Shown here piece by piece: positions 48,084 through 61,400 of a DNA stretch of 64,000 nt (its first letter is position 1; every line of letters begins with the position of its first letter). The notes under the pieces were generated by a model. It was given only the letters and a program-made list of their open reading frames with translations. It searched no databases and was not told the origin of the DNA. The DNA comes from Phaeosaccion multiseriatum (lineage: Eukaryota > Protista > Ochrophyta, other classes). The stretch lies in contig OZ218963.1 of NCBI GenBank assembly GCA_965112735.1, positions 2,232,001-2,296,000 on the forward strand. Reading direction: 5' to 3'. Made by a program: the position numbers and the translations under genes.

Positions 48084-51000
48084 ATGCGGTGGACGGCTTT
48101 TGCGTTGGTGGGATTGGTCACGACGGAGGCATTCACGTGCACGGCCCCGGGAGTGCTGAAATGTCCGCACAGCTGCAGCAACAGAGATTCGCTATCATCG
48201 TCAGCATCAAAAGCAGCAGGAGCTGCAGCAGCCGGCGCCGCTGTCAGAGGTGCAGAGCGGCCGTCGTCAGCACGGCCATTACAAGCAAGAGGAGTGTCAG
48301 CACAGGGCGGAGGAGGAAGAGAAGGGGGCGTGTCGTGGGGAGGGCGCTCGGCATGGGGGGGCGTGTCGCCTTTTGCTGCCCGTCAACAGCCGGGGCGGGC
48401 TTTGCTGACTCTGTCAGAGTCAAATGATGATGATGATGATGCCGGTGATAGGGATTCCACGGCGCCTAGACCCATTCAAGAGTTTGCGGCCGCCACGGAG
48501 GCGGAATTAGACACTCTTCTGGTGCCCGAGGGATTCAGCCTCGAAGACTACATTGAGCTGCGTGTGTTGGCAAGGGAAGTGGGTTTACGGTGGGACTTAC
48601 CCGAAAATGCACAAGCATACAATGACTGCGCGAAGGAGAAGCTGGAGCGGGTCAACGAGCAGAGGCTGAAGGCAGGGGACAATTTCTTCCGGAAGGCAGA
48701 GGAGCAAGAGGCGTACCGCAGGGAGATGGAAGAGCAGCAGGACTTGACGGTGGACGAGATCAGAAAGTATGAGGACATTTACCGGGATCAGTTGAGAAAG
48801 GCGCTCGTATCGAGTGGACCGAAGCTCATCACGTTTGAAGTAACAGGTGAGTGCGTGTTTTGGGGGGTGCTTTATGGCTTGCTTCATGACCTCCAGTCTG
48901 CTACAAGAGGTGGAGCAAAAGCAGGGCGCGCCTTCACAGCAGGTCTCGTTTCACATGCGTGCTTCGCATAGGGCCGTGTAGCTGCCTCGCGGGGCCGGCA
49001 AGCACGGCAGATCCGATTCGATTCTTCTCACCTCTGGACGCAGCTGACAGTCTACTCCACTCCGATATGCCTGTCTCGCCCTTGTTTCCCGTCCCTTCCT
49101 CCCCCGACTTCCCCGAACCGACCGCCGATGTTGATGCCTCGCTTTGCATCATTTATATCAACGAAATAAAAAGGAGTTTTGCTTGACCACCTGGAGACAT
49201 ACGGCGAAGTGCTGCGTGAGTGTCTCCACCGATCTTTGCGCATGGCCATCCGCCTACCTGGGCCCGTCACCTTCGAGCGAGCATACTCCAAGTCTCTCAG
49301 TGCCATGTGAGTACGTCGCGGGTCGCAGTACTTCGTACCCGGGGAACGGAAATATGGGGGAGGGGGATCTGTTATCTCAGGATCCGTTTTGTGTCATGCT
49401 CTTCCACCTCTCTCTCTCGCTCTCCATCGCTTTCTCTCACCTCTGCGTGCTCCCCCCTTGAGTGCTCCATCCGAACCAACCACTGACATTTTATCTTATC
49501 ACTCCGTCCTCCACTCCTACCTGCCCTGTATGTGTGTATGTGTGTACGTATGTATGTATGTATGTACGTATGTATGTATGTATGTATGTATGTATGTATG
49601 TATGTATGTATGTATGTATGTATTTGTATGTGTATATGTGCAGGGAGCGGGAGTACCCTGACCAGGGTATTGAAGACGGTATTTCGTCCCCCGTGTGGTG
49701 GTTCAATGTGATTCAGGACACGTACGGAGAGCTGCTGGAGCAGTTCAGCTTTCCGGAAGAAACCCTCGAGGCCTCCTTAGACAATGCCTTTTACGACTTC
49801 TACTACTCGGCCACCGTACAAAAAGTAAGTTGAGGATATGACAGGGGCGGCCACGTGTCTGCAATACCTGACACAGCAGCCGGTGACGGGTCGGTCAGAT
49901 GGGGTGCTGTGCGCATGCGTATCGTATCAAAACGCCGCCTCTGGTGCTTCACGCTCTCACCATAGCACGTTGCTTTTCACTCTGCTTGACAAAGGGAACG
50001 AGTGTGTGAGCGGGATACCTACATGGGAGAGAATTCAGTTCGTTTGCATCCGTTCCTGTCCTTGTTCTCCCTCTCTTATTTGGATGTGCTTGCTGCATGA
50101 ATAACATCCAAAAAATTAAATTTCTCAGAACATGTGGATGAGAACACCTTACATCGTCAAGACCCTTTTGGAGTTCAAGAGATGGCGAGACAAGGATGGA
50201 GGGCCCATGCTTGGCGTCGTGACGGACTGGGATGGGCGGGTTCACACTTTGCTGGTGAGTGAGTGAGTGAGTGAGTGAGTGAGTGAGTGGGTGAGTCCAC
50301 GCAAATCGATCTCCTGGAAGCGCCATGCTTGCAGGCTGCGGTTTGTGTGTACACAGAAGGTGGTGGTGGATTGTGCCCGCAGTGGGTTGCTCATTGGTTG
50401 CGTGTTAAGAGGCAGGGTGCCCTGCTGGATATGCCCTGCACCCTGACCTCATGCATGCAAGTGTCGGTCGAGGAACATCTCCTTCCCGCAACAAGTCTTT
50501 TGCCCTCTGAGTAGGAGAATAGGACAAATGATTCGTCTTTTATCACTCCCTTGTGCTCCTCTTTGCTGTTCTGTTAAATGTCAAAACACCTCTCTCCCCT
50601 CTCCCTCCCCTCACCCTCCCATCAGTACAACTACGGCTTGGACCGATTCTTCGACTTTGTGATCAAGGCCCGAGACGTCAACGAGGCCAAGCCATCCCCG
50701 GGCATGTTTGAGCTGGTGCGTGTGGTTGCCCAAGCTCTGTGTCTTGAGGGTTTGAGGGTTGGGCCGCCTTGGTCTCAACCGAGTGTGTGTGTCCTGTGTG
50801 CGCGTTAGAACCCTTCGTCTGCTAAAAGTTCCAAATCTGTCGCTTCCCTTTGCTTCACTCCTTGCGCCATTCGGCAAAGATTTGCCACTCTCTTTTGGTG
50901 TGTGGAGGATGTTGTGTTCGATGCTTTTCCTTTTGTTGATTTCCCCCCTCTTTTCCCTTCCTTCGTGCCCCGTCCCCCCTCCCTCCATCCCTCCCTGCCT

Positions 51001-51717
51001 CCTCCTCTGCACATGTGTGTACATACATACGGCACAGGCTCTGAAGAAGGCTGGGTGCGAGCCCAGAGAAGCCATGCACGTGGGCAATAGCATGAAAGAC
51101 GTCAAGGCCGCCAGAGAGGCAGGCTTTGGGAAGATTTATGTGGTTGGGGAGCCTCCGTTCCCGGTACGTTGCGTCAAGTTTCGGTTCGGCACAGCTTGGG
51201 GGAGCGAGCGAGTCCGTCCACGTCCTGCTTACTCAGCCCAACCAAGAAGCCCTGCTGCTGCTGCTGCCGCTGCATTCGCTCCTTGCTCCATGCCGCGACA
51301 CACTTATGTGCGCCTTGCTGGGCTTGCAGAAGGAACGAACGATCTCAAAGCTCGGCTGTCGGGAGTGTGGGCGACTCTTCCCCTTCCCCATCGCATCGCC
51401 TCTTCCTTCTGCTTTGCCCCCCGGTACTGCTTACTAAGTTACGCTCTTTTTGTCTTGTAACTGTCGATCGTAACTCTCTTACGCGTTCTCCAGATGGGGA
51501 AGAGTCTTCCGTTCCAAGCTATCCCTTACGCTTCGGATCTGTGGCCCATTCTTCGTGGGTACAGAGTGGTAAGCACTTACTTCGCTTCTCGTCAATTTGT
51601 GTCCTCTCACATGCCTACTCATCTCCAAGCCCCCCCTACCCTGTCCTCTACATGCTCTCTTCTTGCGAGTGTGCGCCCACCCATCAAATTCTCTTCTCTT
51701 CCTTGGAACTTTGGAAC

Positions 51718-51761
<44 letters not shown>

Positions 51762-52251
51762 CCTTCACCCCAAGCCCCTCCTCCATCTCCCCGCGTCCAA
51801 CGAATTTGTCGCAACAACCAACAACACAACATCATCAACTCGCTGTGTTACTGTCATTGATCTCTCTTGTCTCTCCTGCCCCCGTCCCTGCACCCTCTTT
51901 TCCGCCTCCCCTCCCCCCCAGACGGACGACGCGGGTGGTTCCGTGGTGACCATGGGTGGGTACTGGTCGCTCTTCCCCGGCAACCTTCCCTTGCCAGACG
52001 TGGTTGAGGGCGCCGACGGAGAGATTGACTACTTTATGCAGCACGAGGAGGGAGGGGTGCGCCATAGCCTCAATAACCCGAGACGAATCCCGAACGAAGG
52101 CTTCATCTTTAGCTCAGGCTCGCCGCAGGCTCTGGCCGCGGAGGAGAGGCAGAGAGAGGAGGAGCGGCAGAGAAGAAAGGAAAAGCTTGCTCTGCAAAAG
52201 GAGCAGCTCTCGCTACAACAGGGGGGGGGTGATGGCGATGCAAGCTCATGA
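48084..52251 (+). CDS. Plastid-targeted HAD-superfamily (HDHD3/REG-2-like) protein, ~7 exons
   Basis: Signal peptide MRWTAFALVGLVTTEA-F followed by an S/A/R-rich transit peptide. HAD motifs LITFEVT|GVLL, LGVVTDWDGR, GLDRFFDFV..EAKPSPGMFEL, AMHVGNSMKDVKAAREAG. Confidence 0.8.
49545..49622. repeat. (TATG)n intronic microsatellite
   Basis: Directly visible. Confidence 0.9.
51719..51758. repeat. (TG)n intronic microsatellite
   Basis: Directly visible. Confidence 0.9.
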
Positions 52252-52877
52252 CTTTCTTTTGGGACTACCATACGACTATAATTAAAATTGAGTTCCTTTC
52301 TTTTCGTTCCATCAAACACGTCTTTTCGTGTGGTGGTTGTGGTTTTGCTCAGTGCTTTGCTTGATGCTTCTCGCCTGACTCATGACTCAATCGCTCATAC
52401 ATCGTACACTTCAATTGCTTTGTGGTCGGTGTCGTGTCCTCTATTTTTGTTGTTGAAATATTTATGCAGCGCCGAGTCGCACACTGCGTTTACGCTCGTC
52501 GCCGATTCGCCCTCCTCCACAAACTACAAGTCCTCTCGGAAGCCTACACTTTTTTTACGTTTACGAGAGGAAGCCGAATGATGCCACCACACAACAAACA
52601 AACTCACCCACAGTAACCTCTGTTTCTCCCTCCGTGACTGTCCCTCCCCTTTTATCCTCCACTCTATGTTACCGTGATCAATTCTCTACATCACTGCGAG
52701 TGTTGGTCACGACCCCCCCCTCCCCTACTCCCTTTCCTATTTTATTTGGCTATTTGGACAACGCCAAAGGCGACTTGACAAGCCCACTCTGACCCTGTGG
52801 ATAGAGGCATGCGTGCCCTCACAGACCAGCTATCCTTAAAACTGAATCCAAGCCACACAAGAGCGCAACAAATGTCC

Positions 52878-53406
52878 TCACGCGCACGCAGCGTGTGTGA
52901 CCTTGTCTGTCTCGGGATCCCCGGCCAGGGCGGCTGACGCAAAGTGCGGAATGGGCAGCATTGGCACGGTCGATCCGGACGCCAAAGCGAAGCACTGGGC
53001 GCCTCCGGGCTTGCCCACCACATCCGAACCCTCCGCTCCCTCTCCTCCTGGAGCCACCTCCTTGTCGCTCGCGGCGGCTCGTGGCCAGCTGGCCTGCTGC
53101 TGCTGGGCAGCGCCGGCGGGGGCCTGAGGGTGCGGCATATACATGGGTACAATCACATACTGCTGCTGTTGTTGTTGTTGCTGCTGCTGCTGCTGCTGCG
53201 TACCGCCAGCCCCAGCGGGAATCGGCACAGAGAACACTTGGGGGTGCTGGCCGCGCGTCTGCTGTATCACCAACTGTTGCTGCTTCATGGCAGCCGCGGC
53301 GGCGGACAGCAGCGATGGCGAAGGCACAGGCAGAGACATTCCCGTGCCCCCCACGTGAGCGGAGACCCCAACACAACCAGCCATCTCGTCTACCGCTGCC
53401 AATGTG

Positions 53407-53459
<53 letters not shown>

Positions 53460-54764
53460 AGACGAAGCCGTCACCGCTGTCGCGAGCGCTCCAGCTCCTT
53501 CCATACCAGCGTCTCTGCATGTGTCTTCCATGTCTGGTGGCGGAGCGACTCCGGAGTCCCTGAGGATGGCCAGACGGCGCAACATGCGTATGGCTCTCCC
53601 TAAGGTCTCCACTCGCGTCGTGTTGGGCGGAGAGGCAGCAGCAGCAGCCACCGACGCCACTCCACCAGACGCCTTTTCTCCTTCTGCTGCTGACTTTGGT
53701 TCACCCTCCCCCACCCCCATTGTGGCTTCCAACCCGTCCAGAACCTTCTGCAGCTCCTCGAACTTATCATTCAGTTCGATTCGCCGCTTCTTCTCGCGTG
53801 TTTTCTTCCTGTTCAGTCTGTCTGCCGGCGTGTCTGATCGCTCCGTCGCTCCTGTCTCCGCCTCTGCCATCAGCGACACCACCTGTTGCGTCGCTGCCGC
53901 CGCCGCTGCTTTGCAATGCATATCCGTCAGGCCAGAGATACCGTGTTCACCTTGTGCATGCGGCAGTGCCGTCATCGTAGCAGGCAAACAAGCAGTGGGT
54001 GAGGATGATGTTGATGGTAATGGTGGGCACCACGTTGAAGGAGCTTCGCCCCCGTCCTCTGCTGCATTCGTGCTCACGTCGCTGCTGCTTTGACCGTCAG
54101 ATGTGACACTCTCACACAAGTCGCTGAACGAGCGCTTCTTCTTTTGCTGCTGCGACACGATGCCCTCTTCCCCCAAATCCCCACCAGCCGGAAGTGAGGC
54201 GGGCGGTAACTTCTCAAAGACCCCACCGCTTTGCCGTTGATGGAGCTCCAACAACGAGGCCCTGAAATTGACAGAACAGTGTGCGCATGTACACGAAAGG
54301 GTCCGGCAAAGGTGAAAAGGGAATAAGTGAGAGGCTATGGGGAGACAGGCCAGCATCCATAGGGGCCGTACTACACCAGCCTCCCACCACGTCCAAGCCA
54401 AGTCGAGTTCGTAAAAAAAATATGAGGGCTTAGGGGTAAGTGGGAGAGCAGGACCGCCACAGAAGTTACGGACTTACAAGTCAAACATGTCCTCCGAGCC
54501 GAGATGCTCATCCAGCCCTCCTTCCTCTCCTCCTAGAAGTAGTCCTTCCTCGAACTCATGCCCCTGCTGCCCTTGCGGCGCCTGTTGCTGCTGCTGCCCC
54601 TCGTGGTGCTGGTGCGTCTCCTCCTTAACGCCCCCTTCACTCTGCTTGAAAACTGAGGATGACGCCACTGTTCCTGAGCTCCTCATTTGCTGCTGTCGCT
54701 GCTCGTGAGTCGCCTCCTGCTCCTGCTCGTGGCGGGAAGGCATCTCCGTCCCCTCCTCTTCCAT
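52878..54764 (-). CDS. bHLH transcription factor with poly-Q tracts, 2 exons
   Basis: Basic region/helix 1 RLNRKKTREKKRRIELNDKFEELQKVL; helix 2 TTRVETLGRAIRMLRRL. Intron ~54262-54476 joins DMFDL|ASLLEL in frame. (CAG)n tracts. The start is inferred. Confidence 0.82.
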
Positions 54765-54959
54765 ATTCTTCTCACGTGAGTGTTTCAATTGCGAGATCTC
54801 CAACCCCCCCCCCCCCGGGGAATGAGGGCCAACAAATTGGCATTTCGACTCGCCCGTTGGCCCGAGCAAGGGGCGAGCGACGGAGATAAAGAGAGCGAGA
54901 GAGGGGCTGGACGAGTGCTGGTCGTCTTGTCGTGGCTGGTGCTGTTGATCTGCCTCAAA

Positions 54960-57900
54960 ATGAGCCACGAGAAGACCTTCTGCTTTGATCTGGGCACGGG
55001 ACAGCACACGATAACGATCCACAAATCCACCGTCAAGCGGCTGCTCTTCGTGGGCAAGAAGCTCTCCAAGAGAAGTCCAGAGGAAGTGCTTGTGCTGCTG
55101 CACACAGAGAGCAGGGCCGCAGACAGCATCCCCAGGAAGGTAAGGCGTGCTGGGAGAATGATCTTTGTTGTTATCAGCTCAATCACCCAAATACCTCCTT
55201 GAACAGGATACACCAATCACGGAGGAGGCATTTGGGAGGGCCGTCCGCCAACTCCTTCCTACCTCATGGCTATCCAGGGGGGACAAACTGGTGCGTGAGT
55301 CGTGCATCTTCCCCACACCTTCTTCTTCTCTCTCTTCCTCCTGCCTTCCTTTCTTCCTTCCACCTCCTTCCGTATCCTCTCCTTCTTTGCTTCCTCCTTC
55401 CTCCTACTCCCTCCTTACTTCTTTCCTCCACTCCTCATTCTTCCTCGCCAGCTCCTCTCCTCTGTACTCGTGGACATGTTCCAAGCATACACTATGGATG
55501 CCTCGGCCTCTCCGCTTGCTGAACTCATGTGTGGACTCTCCATCTTGTGCGCGGGGTCGAAGAGCGCCAAGCTAGCGGTATGTACTCATCATATGGGCGC
55601 GATACAGTACGAAAGACAGGGTCGCGATGCTTTTTGAGAGAGGGGGGAGAGCATAATCTGGGACACGAGCGCCTCCTGTAAATGCTCTGTTCCTCTTTTG
55701 TAGCGTTTTTTGCACCAACTGAAGTGTCACCCTACTCTCTTGTATGCTCTCCCCCTCCAGTTTGCCTTCGACATGTATGACACGTGGGGCCGAGGATTGA
55801 TCAACGCTCTGGAGCTGCAGGCACTCCTCCGCTCCTTCCTCGCCGTCCTGGTATCGTGGGGTAAGTACTCAAGTAGCTGTTGTAGGGTGTAGGGGGGATA
55901 CGCCTTCTTTCTTGCCTTGCTTGACCGGTACCGTCTCTTAAAGTCGGGGTTGGAGAAATGACTGAAAATGCACTCCACACAAGCAGCAGAGATACATGTC
56001 TTCCCTCCAAGAAAGGGTCAGCTGTTGGTGGGAGAGGGTTGGTTCGCTTCCGTGCCACAACGTACAACTCTAGCCCAGTAGGGGGTGGGTGCGACATGTA
56101 GTCTCACCGCCTCCCCGTGTCCTTTCTCGCCCCCTCCCTCCCCAACCCCCCCTTGTCTTCTCCTCTCCACCTCTCTCTCCACCTCTAGGTACGATCGAGG
56201 AAGTGGGGGAGGACGGAATGATGGGAGCTGTTCTGACCCCAGGACCCGAGCTTGATGTGCTGGTGGACGAGCTGTGCAGGATTGTCTCAGATCGTATCAT
56301 GGGTGAGTTGTTGGCTCGGCTTAGGAGAGAGGAGACGCTTGCATCCATTGGGTGGTGCTCCTCTGCTCCTCCCACACAAGAATCCACGCTGTTTCTCACC
56401 TGCCCCCCCCCCCAAAAACACCACATACACACACATCAGGCACTGACAAGGAGGTGACGTACGTGCAGATTGGGGACTGGTACAACAACGGGGGCTATGA
56501 CCTCATCCCATGGCTGGAGCTGCTGGATTTGAGGAAGTGGGAGCTGTCACTCAAGGAGAGAAGCCAGCGAACCACAGCCATGGAGGAACAGGCGGTGCGC
56601 GAGGTAAGTCTCTTTGATGGAATGCTCCCAGAGGACCACTATGGGGGAGGGAAGAGGGACGTATCGGCCGGCTCTCGTAGCCGCGCCTCCTCTTACAGCA
56701 GTGCTCACAGCACAGCGGGGGTCGATGGCAGCATTTACGAGGTAAGTGAAGGATGTTGTAGGGAGGGAGAGAGTCAGGCAGGTTGAAGGAGGGGGGGGGG
56801 GCAGCGATGCAGGGGAACGGTGTGGAAGGGACGTAATCTTATGTAATCATGGGCACAAGTCACGGGCAAAGGGGTTGGAAATGCAGCGGAGGTAGGTGTG
56901 CACTTCCCTTCCGCGTGGCCCGCAGGCTCCGTCTAGGCTACTCAACTCTCTGACGCGGAGCTAAACAGCATTGCCAATGGGATTCCGTGGTATTTGTTCC
57001 TCGATTCATCCGCCCCAAACAGGACCGCAACGGAAGGGAGGATGAGGAAGACTCAGATGAAAGGGAAAGCACCAGCAACTGCAGTAGCAGTACGAACGGC
57101 GACGAGTACAGGGACGGCGCAGTGGAGTTCACGCGTGGGGGAGCGGAGCTACAGACTATTCCGCTGTACGACAGAATGGGTGGTGGTGAAGACGAGGAGG
57201 GGAGTGAGGACGGCGAGGAAGAAGAAGGAGAGGAAGCAGACGATGATAGTACTGGAGGGGACGAGGTGGCGTTTCAATTCACCTTTGGTGGTGCTGTGCA
57301 TGAGCACGAGGAGGAAATTGGCGGGGTGTGGGGGGAGGAGGGGGGTGGCAGTGAAGCTCCGGGGGGCTTCCCTCTCTTGAGCATAACCCACGAGGACATT
57401 GCCAACGTCGTGAGCCTGGCCACTGCAACGGTAAGACAGGCCACACACTTGTTTTCCTTGTCGTGTATTCATTCCAAAAACCCAAATTAGACGCCTCCCT
57501 TGCCTCCCGCACCTTTCGCCCCATCTGGAGTATTTCCGTCCTTGCTCCTCCCCCCCCCTTCAACCCACGTGGCGTCCCCACCTCTCCCCACCTCGCCTTT
57601 CCAACCCGGAGCCCCATTCCTGCTTTCCTCTTGGTGCCCCTTACGTGTAGTGCATATAAAAGAAGGGGGATGGCGTTGACGCTCCCATCCTCCCGTTTTG
57701 CATCTCTGTTGTACAGGGCTTGGTGAATCTCACCCCTGAAGAGGTGGGGCAACGGATCATCAGTGCGAGTGAGTCCCCAGGAGGGCACTCCGGCATGCTG
57801 AGTAAAGGTGCCTTCGATTCACTCATACGGGACGTGATTCCGGCGCCCACGCTCAGCAGCAGACAGAAGCGGCTATTTTCGAGGCTACTCAACGGCGCAT

Positions 57901-58371
57901 TTTACGCTTTTGACAAGGACACGTCCAATCGAGTTGACCCCCTTGAGTTGGCGGCAGGCATGAGTCTCCTGTGTAAGGGAGGCAAGAGTACTAAGCTTGC
58001 GTACGCCTTTACGCTGCTATTGGAGGGTGGTAAGGGCCAACACCTCGACCACAGAGGCTTGTGGCGCCTGTTGAGGAGCATCCTGTCTATTCTCATGGGC
58101 TTGACCAGAACCAGGCTCGAACCTGACCAGCTCACCCAAGCTGTGGACGCCGCGGCCCTGTGGACAGGCGCACACATTTTCAGCAATGCCGAGCTGCACA
58201 AGCAGGACGTTATCAGCTTTGAGGAGCTTGCTGTTTGGTACACCGAGGGCGGTTACCAAGTGTGCTCGTGGCTTGAGCTACTAGATCTACGGAAGTGGCA
58301 ACCCTCGGAGGCGGGTGGGGAGGGGGGAGGAGGAAATGATGATGAGGAAGAGGAGGAGAAGGCGGAAGACG

Positions 58372-58413
<42 letters not shown>

Positions 58414-61400
58414 GTGATACGGGGAAAGAGGGGGAGGACGTCAGCATGCTCAAGCGACGGCAACCGCAAGAGTTGCCAGAGCTGGAGGAGTTGCAGGACC
58501 AAGTGCCCGTTTATCAATTTCCTCTGTGCCTAGATACGGATTTGCGCATCGAATCGGATGACGTGGAGTTTCTCCAACGTGTGGTGGTGGTGACTGGCCT
58601 TGCACAACGTGACACAAGCTTCCTGGAGACAACTTTTCGAGAGGGGCTGCGCCTGTCGTGTGCTCAAGATTTGAGCCGGAAGATCAACCGGGATAGTTAC
58701 AACATGGTGGTTCGGCTTCTCGTGGCGGGGGCCTGGTTGTCGGAAGACGAGAAGCGGCTTGTTTCCTTTGCTCTGGGAAACGTTTTTATGGCCTTGGACA
58801 GAGAGGGTGAGTGTGTGTGCGTATGGGTCCGAGCTGAGTCACTTCGCTTCCGCACTTGCTTTCTCACCTCGTTCTTTATGCTCATCACGGCACCGCACGC
58901 GCTACCTACAGCATCTTTTGCCTTGGGTAGTGCTGCATTGGTTCGATCATTTGGAATTATGTATGCTGCGCCCCCACCCCAGCCCGCCACAGCTTGGTCC
59001 ACTCCACCCCCGTCTTTCTTTGCCCCTGTCTGCTGATGCTCTCTCTCTCTCTTGCGCTCAGGCCATGGCATGGTAGCGGCTCGGGACCTCATCTGTGGGC
59101 TTTCCTTCTTCTGCAGCGGAAACAAGAGCTCCAAGCTATCGGTAAGTACCCGTAGCCTTCCCCCCTGCTCACTCTCCTCCACCTTCTTTGCTTTTCGTAC
59201 AACACTCTGACCTTTTCGTGAAAAACCTTGTATTCATTTTGCACCCCTAAACCTGCTTCCTCCTCCTCCTGCTCCTCCTCCCACCCCCTTCTTTGCTTCC
59301 CTCGTTTGTCCCTATATAACATGACAGTTCTGCTTCCAGCTGTTCGAGGCCACAAACCCTGACCCTTCCCAGGGCGCCGAGGGCTGCATCTCCCGCGCGG
59401 GGGTGAAAACCTTCATTACAGACCTCCTCGCCTCGGTGTGCTGCTGTCTCGGTAAGAAGGAAAGACGACGGATAGGCACTGGGTATCTTATCCCGCTCCT
59501 CCATCTCTTTGTCTCCCTCTCTCTCTCCTCCATCGCTTTGTCTCCCTCCCTCTCTTGTTTCTCTCCTCTTTGTATCAACCCCTCCCCCACCGCCCCCCCG
59601 TAACGTAACACCGATCCAAATGGCGTACTTTGACGAGTTATACCCGAAACACCACTTACCCCCCTACTTCCCTCTCTACAATCCGCGCCTCAAGGCCAAA
59701 TGCTCGGCATGGACCCCGAGGCCATGGGGATTGTTGTGGAGGACAGCGCGGATGTGGTCCAATACGCCATCTTCTTTGACAGTAACAGCCGCTCCTACGG
59801 ACAACCCGGCTTGAGCTTTGAGGGATTCGGAACTTGGTGAGTGAGGGGTAGGTTAGCTTGGGTGGTGTGGTTTGCAAGCTAACCTACCACATCCCCCAAG
59901 CTAACCCACCACACCCCCCAAACTAACATACCACAAACCCCAAGCTAACCTACCATAAACCCCAAGCTAACCTATTACCCCCCCCAAGCTAACCTACCAC
60001 AATCCCCTACCACAATCCCGGGTTTGTGGTGGGTTAGCTTGGGGTTTGTGGTAGGTTAGCTTGGGGGGTGTGGTGGGTTAGCTTGGGGGGTGTGGCAGGT
60101 TAGCTTGGGGGGTGTGGTAGCTTAGCTTGTGGTTTGTGGTAGGTTAGCTTGGGGGGGGTGGTGGGTTAGCTTGGGGAGTGTTTGTCTTGTGGTGGTAGGT
60201 TAGCTTGGGGTTTGTGGTAGGTTAGCTTGGGGGGTGTGGTGGGTTAGCTTGGGGAGTGTTTGTCTTGTGGTGGTAGGTTAGCTTGGGGGGTGTGGTAGGT
60301 TAGCTGGGGGGGTGTGGTGGGTTAGCTTGGGGGGTGTGGTAGGTTAGCTTGGGCTTTGTGGTAGGTTAGCTTGGGGGGTGTGATGGGTTAGCTTGGGGGG
60401 TGTGGTAGGTTAGCTTGGGGGTTGTGGTAGGTTAGCTTGGGCGATGTGGTAGCTTAGCTTAGGGGGTGTGGTAGGTTAGCTTGGGGTTTGTGGTAGGTTA
60501 GCTTGGGGCTTGTGGTAGGTTAGCTTGGGGGGTGTGGTAGGTAAGCTTGGGGGGTGTGGTATGGGTGTGCTTTCTGGACACGCCCCCCACCCCCTCCTCC
60601 TCCCCGCTGCATGAATGAATATGCGGACGAGTGTGGTTCAGTTTGGGCGCCTCTGCCTCTGACGTTGTGTCTCTTGGCGAGGGCCGGCCAAGAAAATCTC
60701 TGTCCTACTGTCTGTCTTTCCATCCATCCATGTATCCACGTACCTATCCACCTGTCCATTCCCTGACCAGGTACAATGAGGGGGGCTTTGAGGTGGCGAG
60801 CTGGTTGGAGCTTCTTGATCTCTCCAAGTTCTTACCAGGAGTGACGAGAGGCGATGACGATGCCGCAGCGATGGAGCGACTCTTGGGCGGGCAAGCGAAA
60901 GGAGCGGATGGAGGCGGTGAGGAGGAGGAGGAGGAGGAGGACGAACGGCAGCAAAACCACACCGCTCCACGGTTTTGCTTTCAGGTACAGACAGACTCTA
61001 CTGCTCTTCGCTTTGCCCTTCCCTCCCCATTCCCGTCCAGCTGTGGTTCTTCACTTCAACGAAGGGGCTAAGCAAGACATTTTCCCTTCTTCCTACAAAT
61101 GATGACGAGAGAGAGAACAGATATCGGCGTGGTGGGGGTTGGTGAGGCGGCGATGAGAAGGACGAGGCTTTGGCAAAATAAAACACCCCCCTGCCCCCCC
61201 CTCCCGCCACGCAGGTTTCTGAGTCCACTCGGCCTGTCTTCCTCACAATCGAGGAGGAAGACGTGCAGGCAGTGCAAAAGTTGACAGCATCGGCGGCACT
61301 TCGCGATCGCAGCCCCCGACAGCTCTGTAACGCTCTGATCAGGTGCGCGACCGATGGACTCCTCGACAAGGTATGTTCGTGATGGCAGCAGACGGATGGC

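Noticed and set aside
54474-55103. 209-aa minus ORF as the full first exon of the bHLH gene
   Set aside because: Its 5' part is antisense to the first exon of the EF-hand gene and starts at a non-ATG codon. The ATG at 54764 is more plausible.
59846-60560. CRISPR array or telomere
   Set aside because: The units are contiguous with no unique spacers and no cas genes. The 21-bp unit is not a TTAGGG/TTTAGGG run, and it lies inside an intron.
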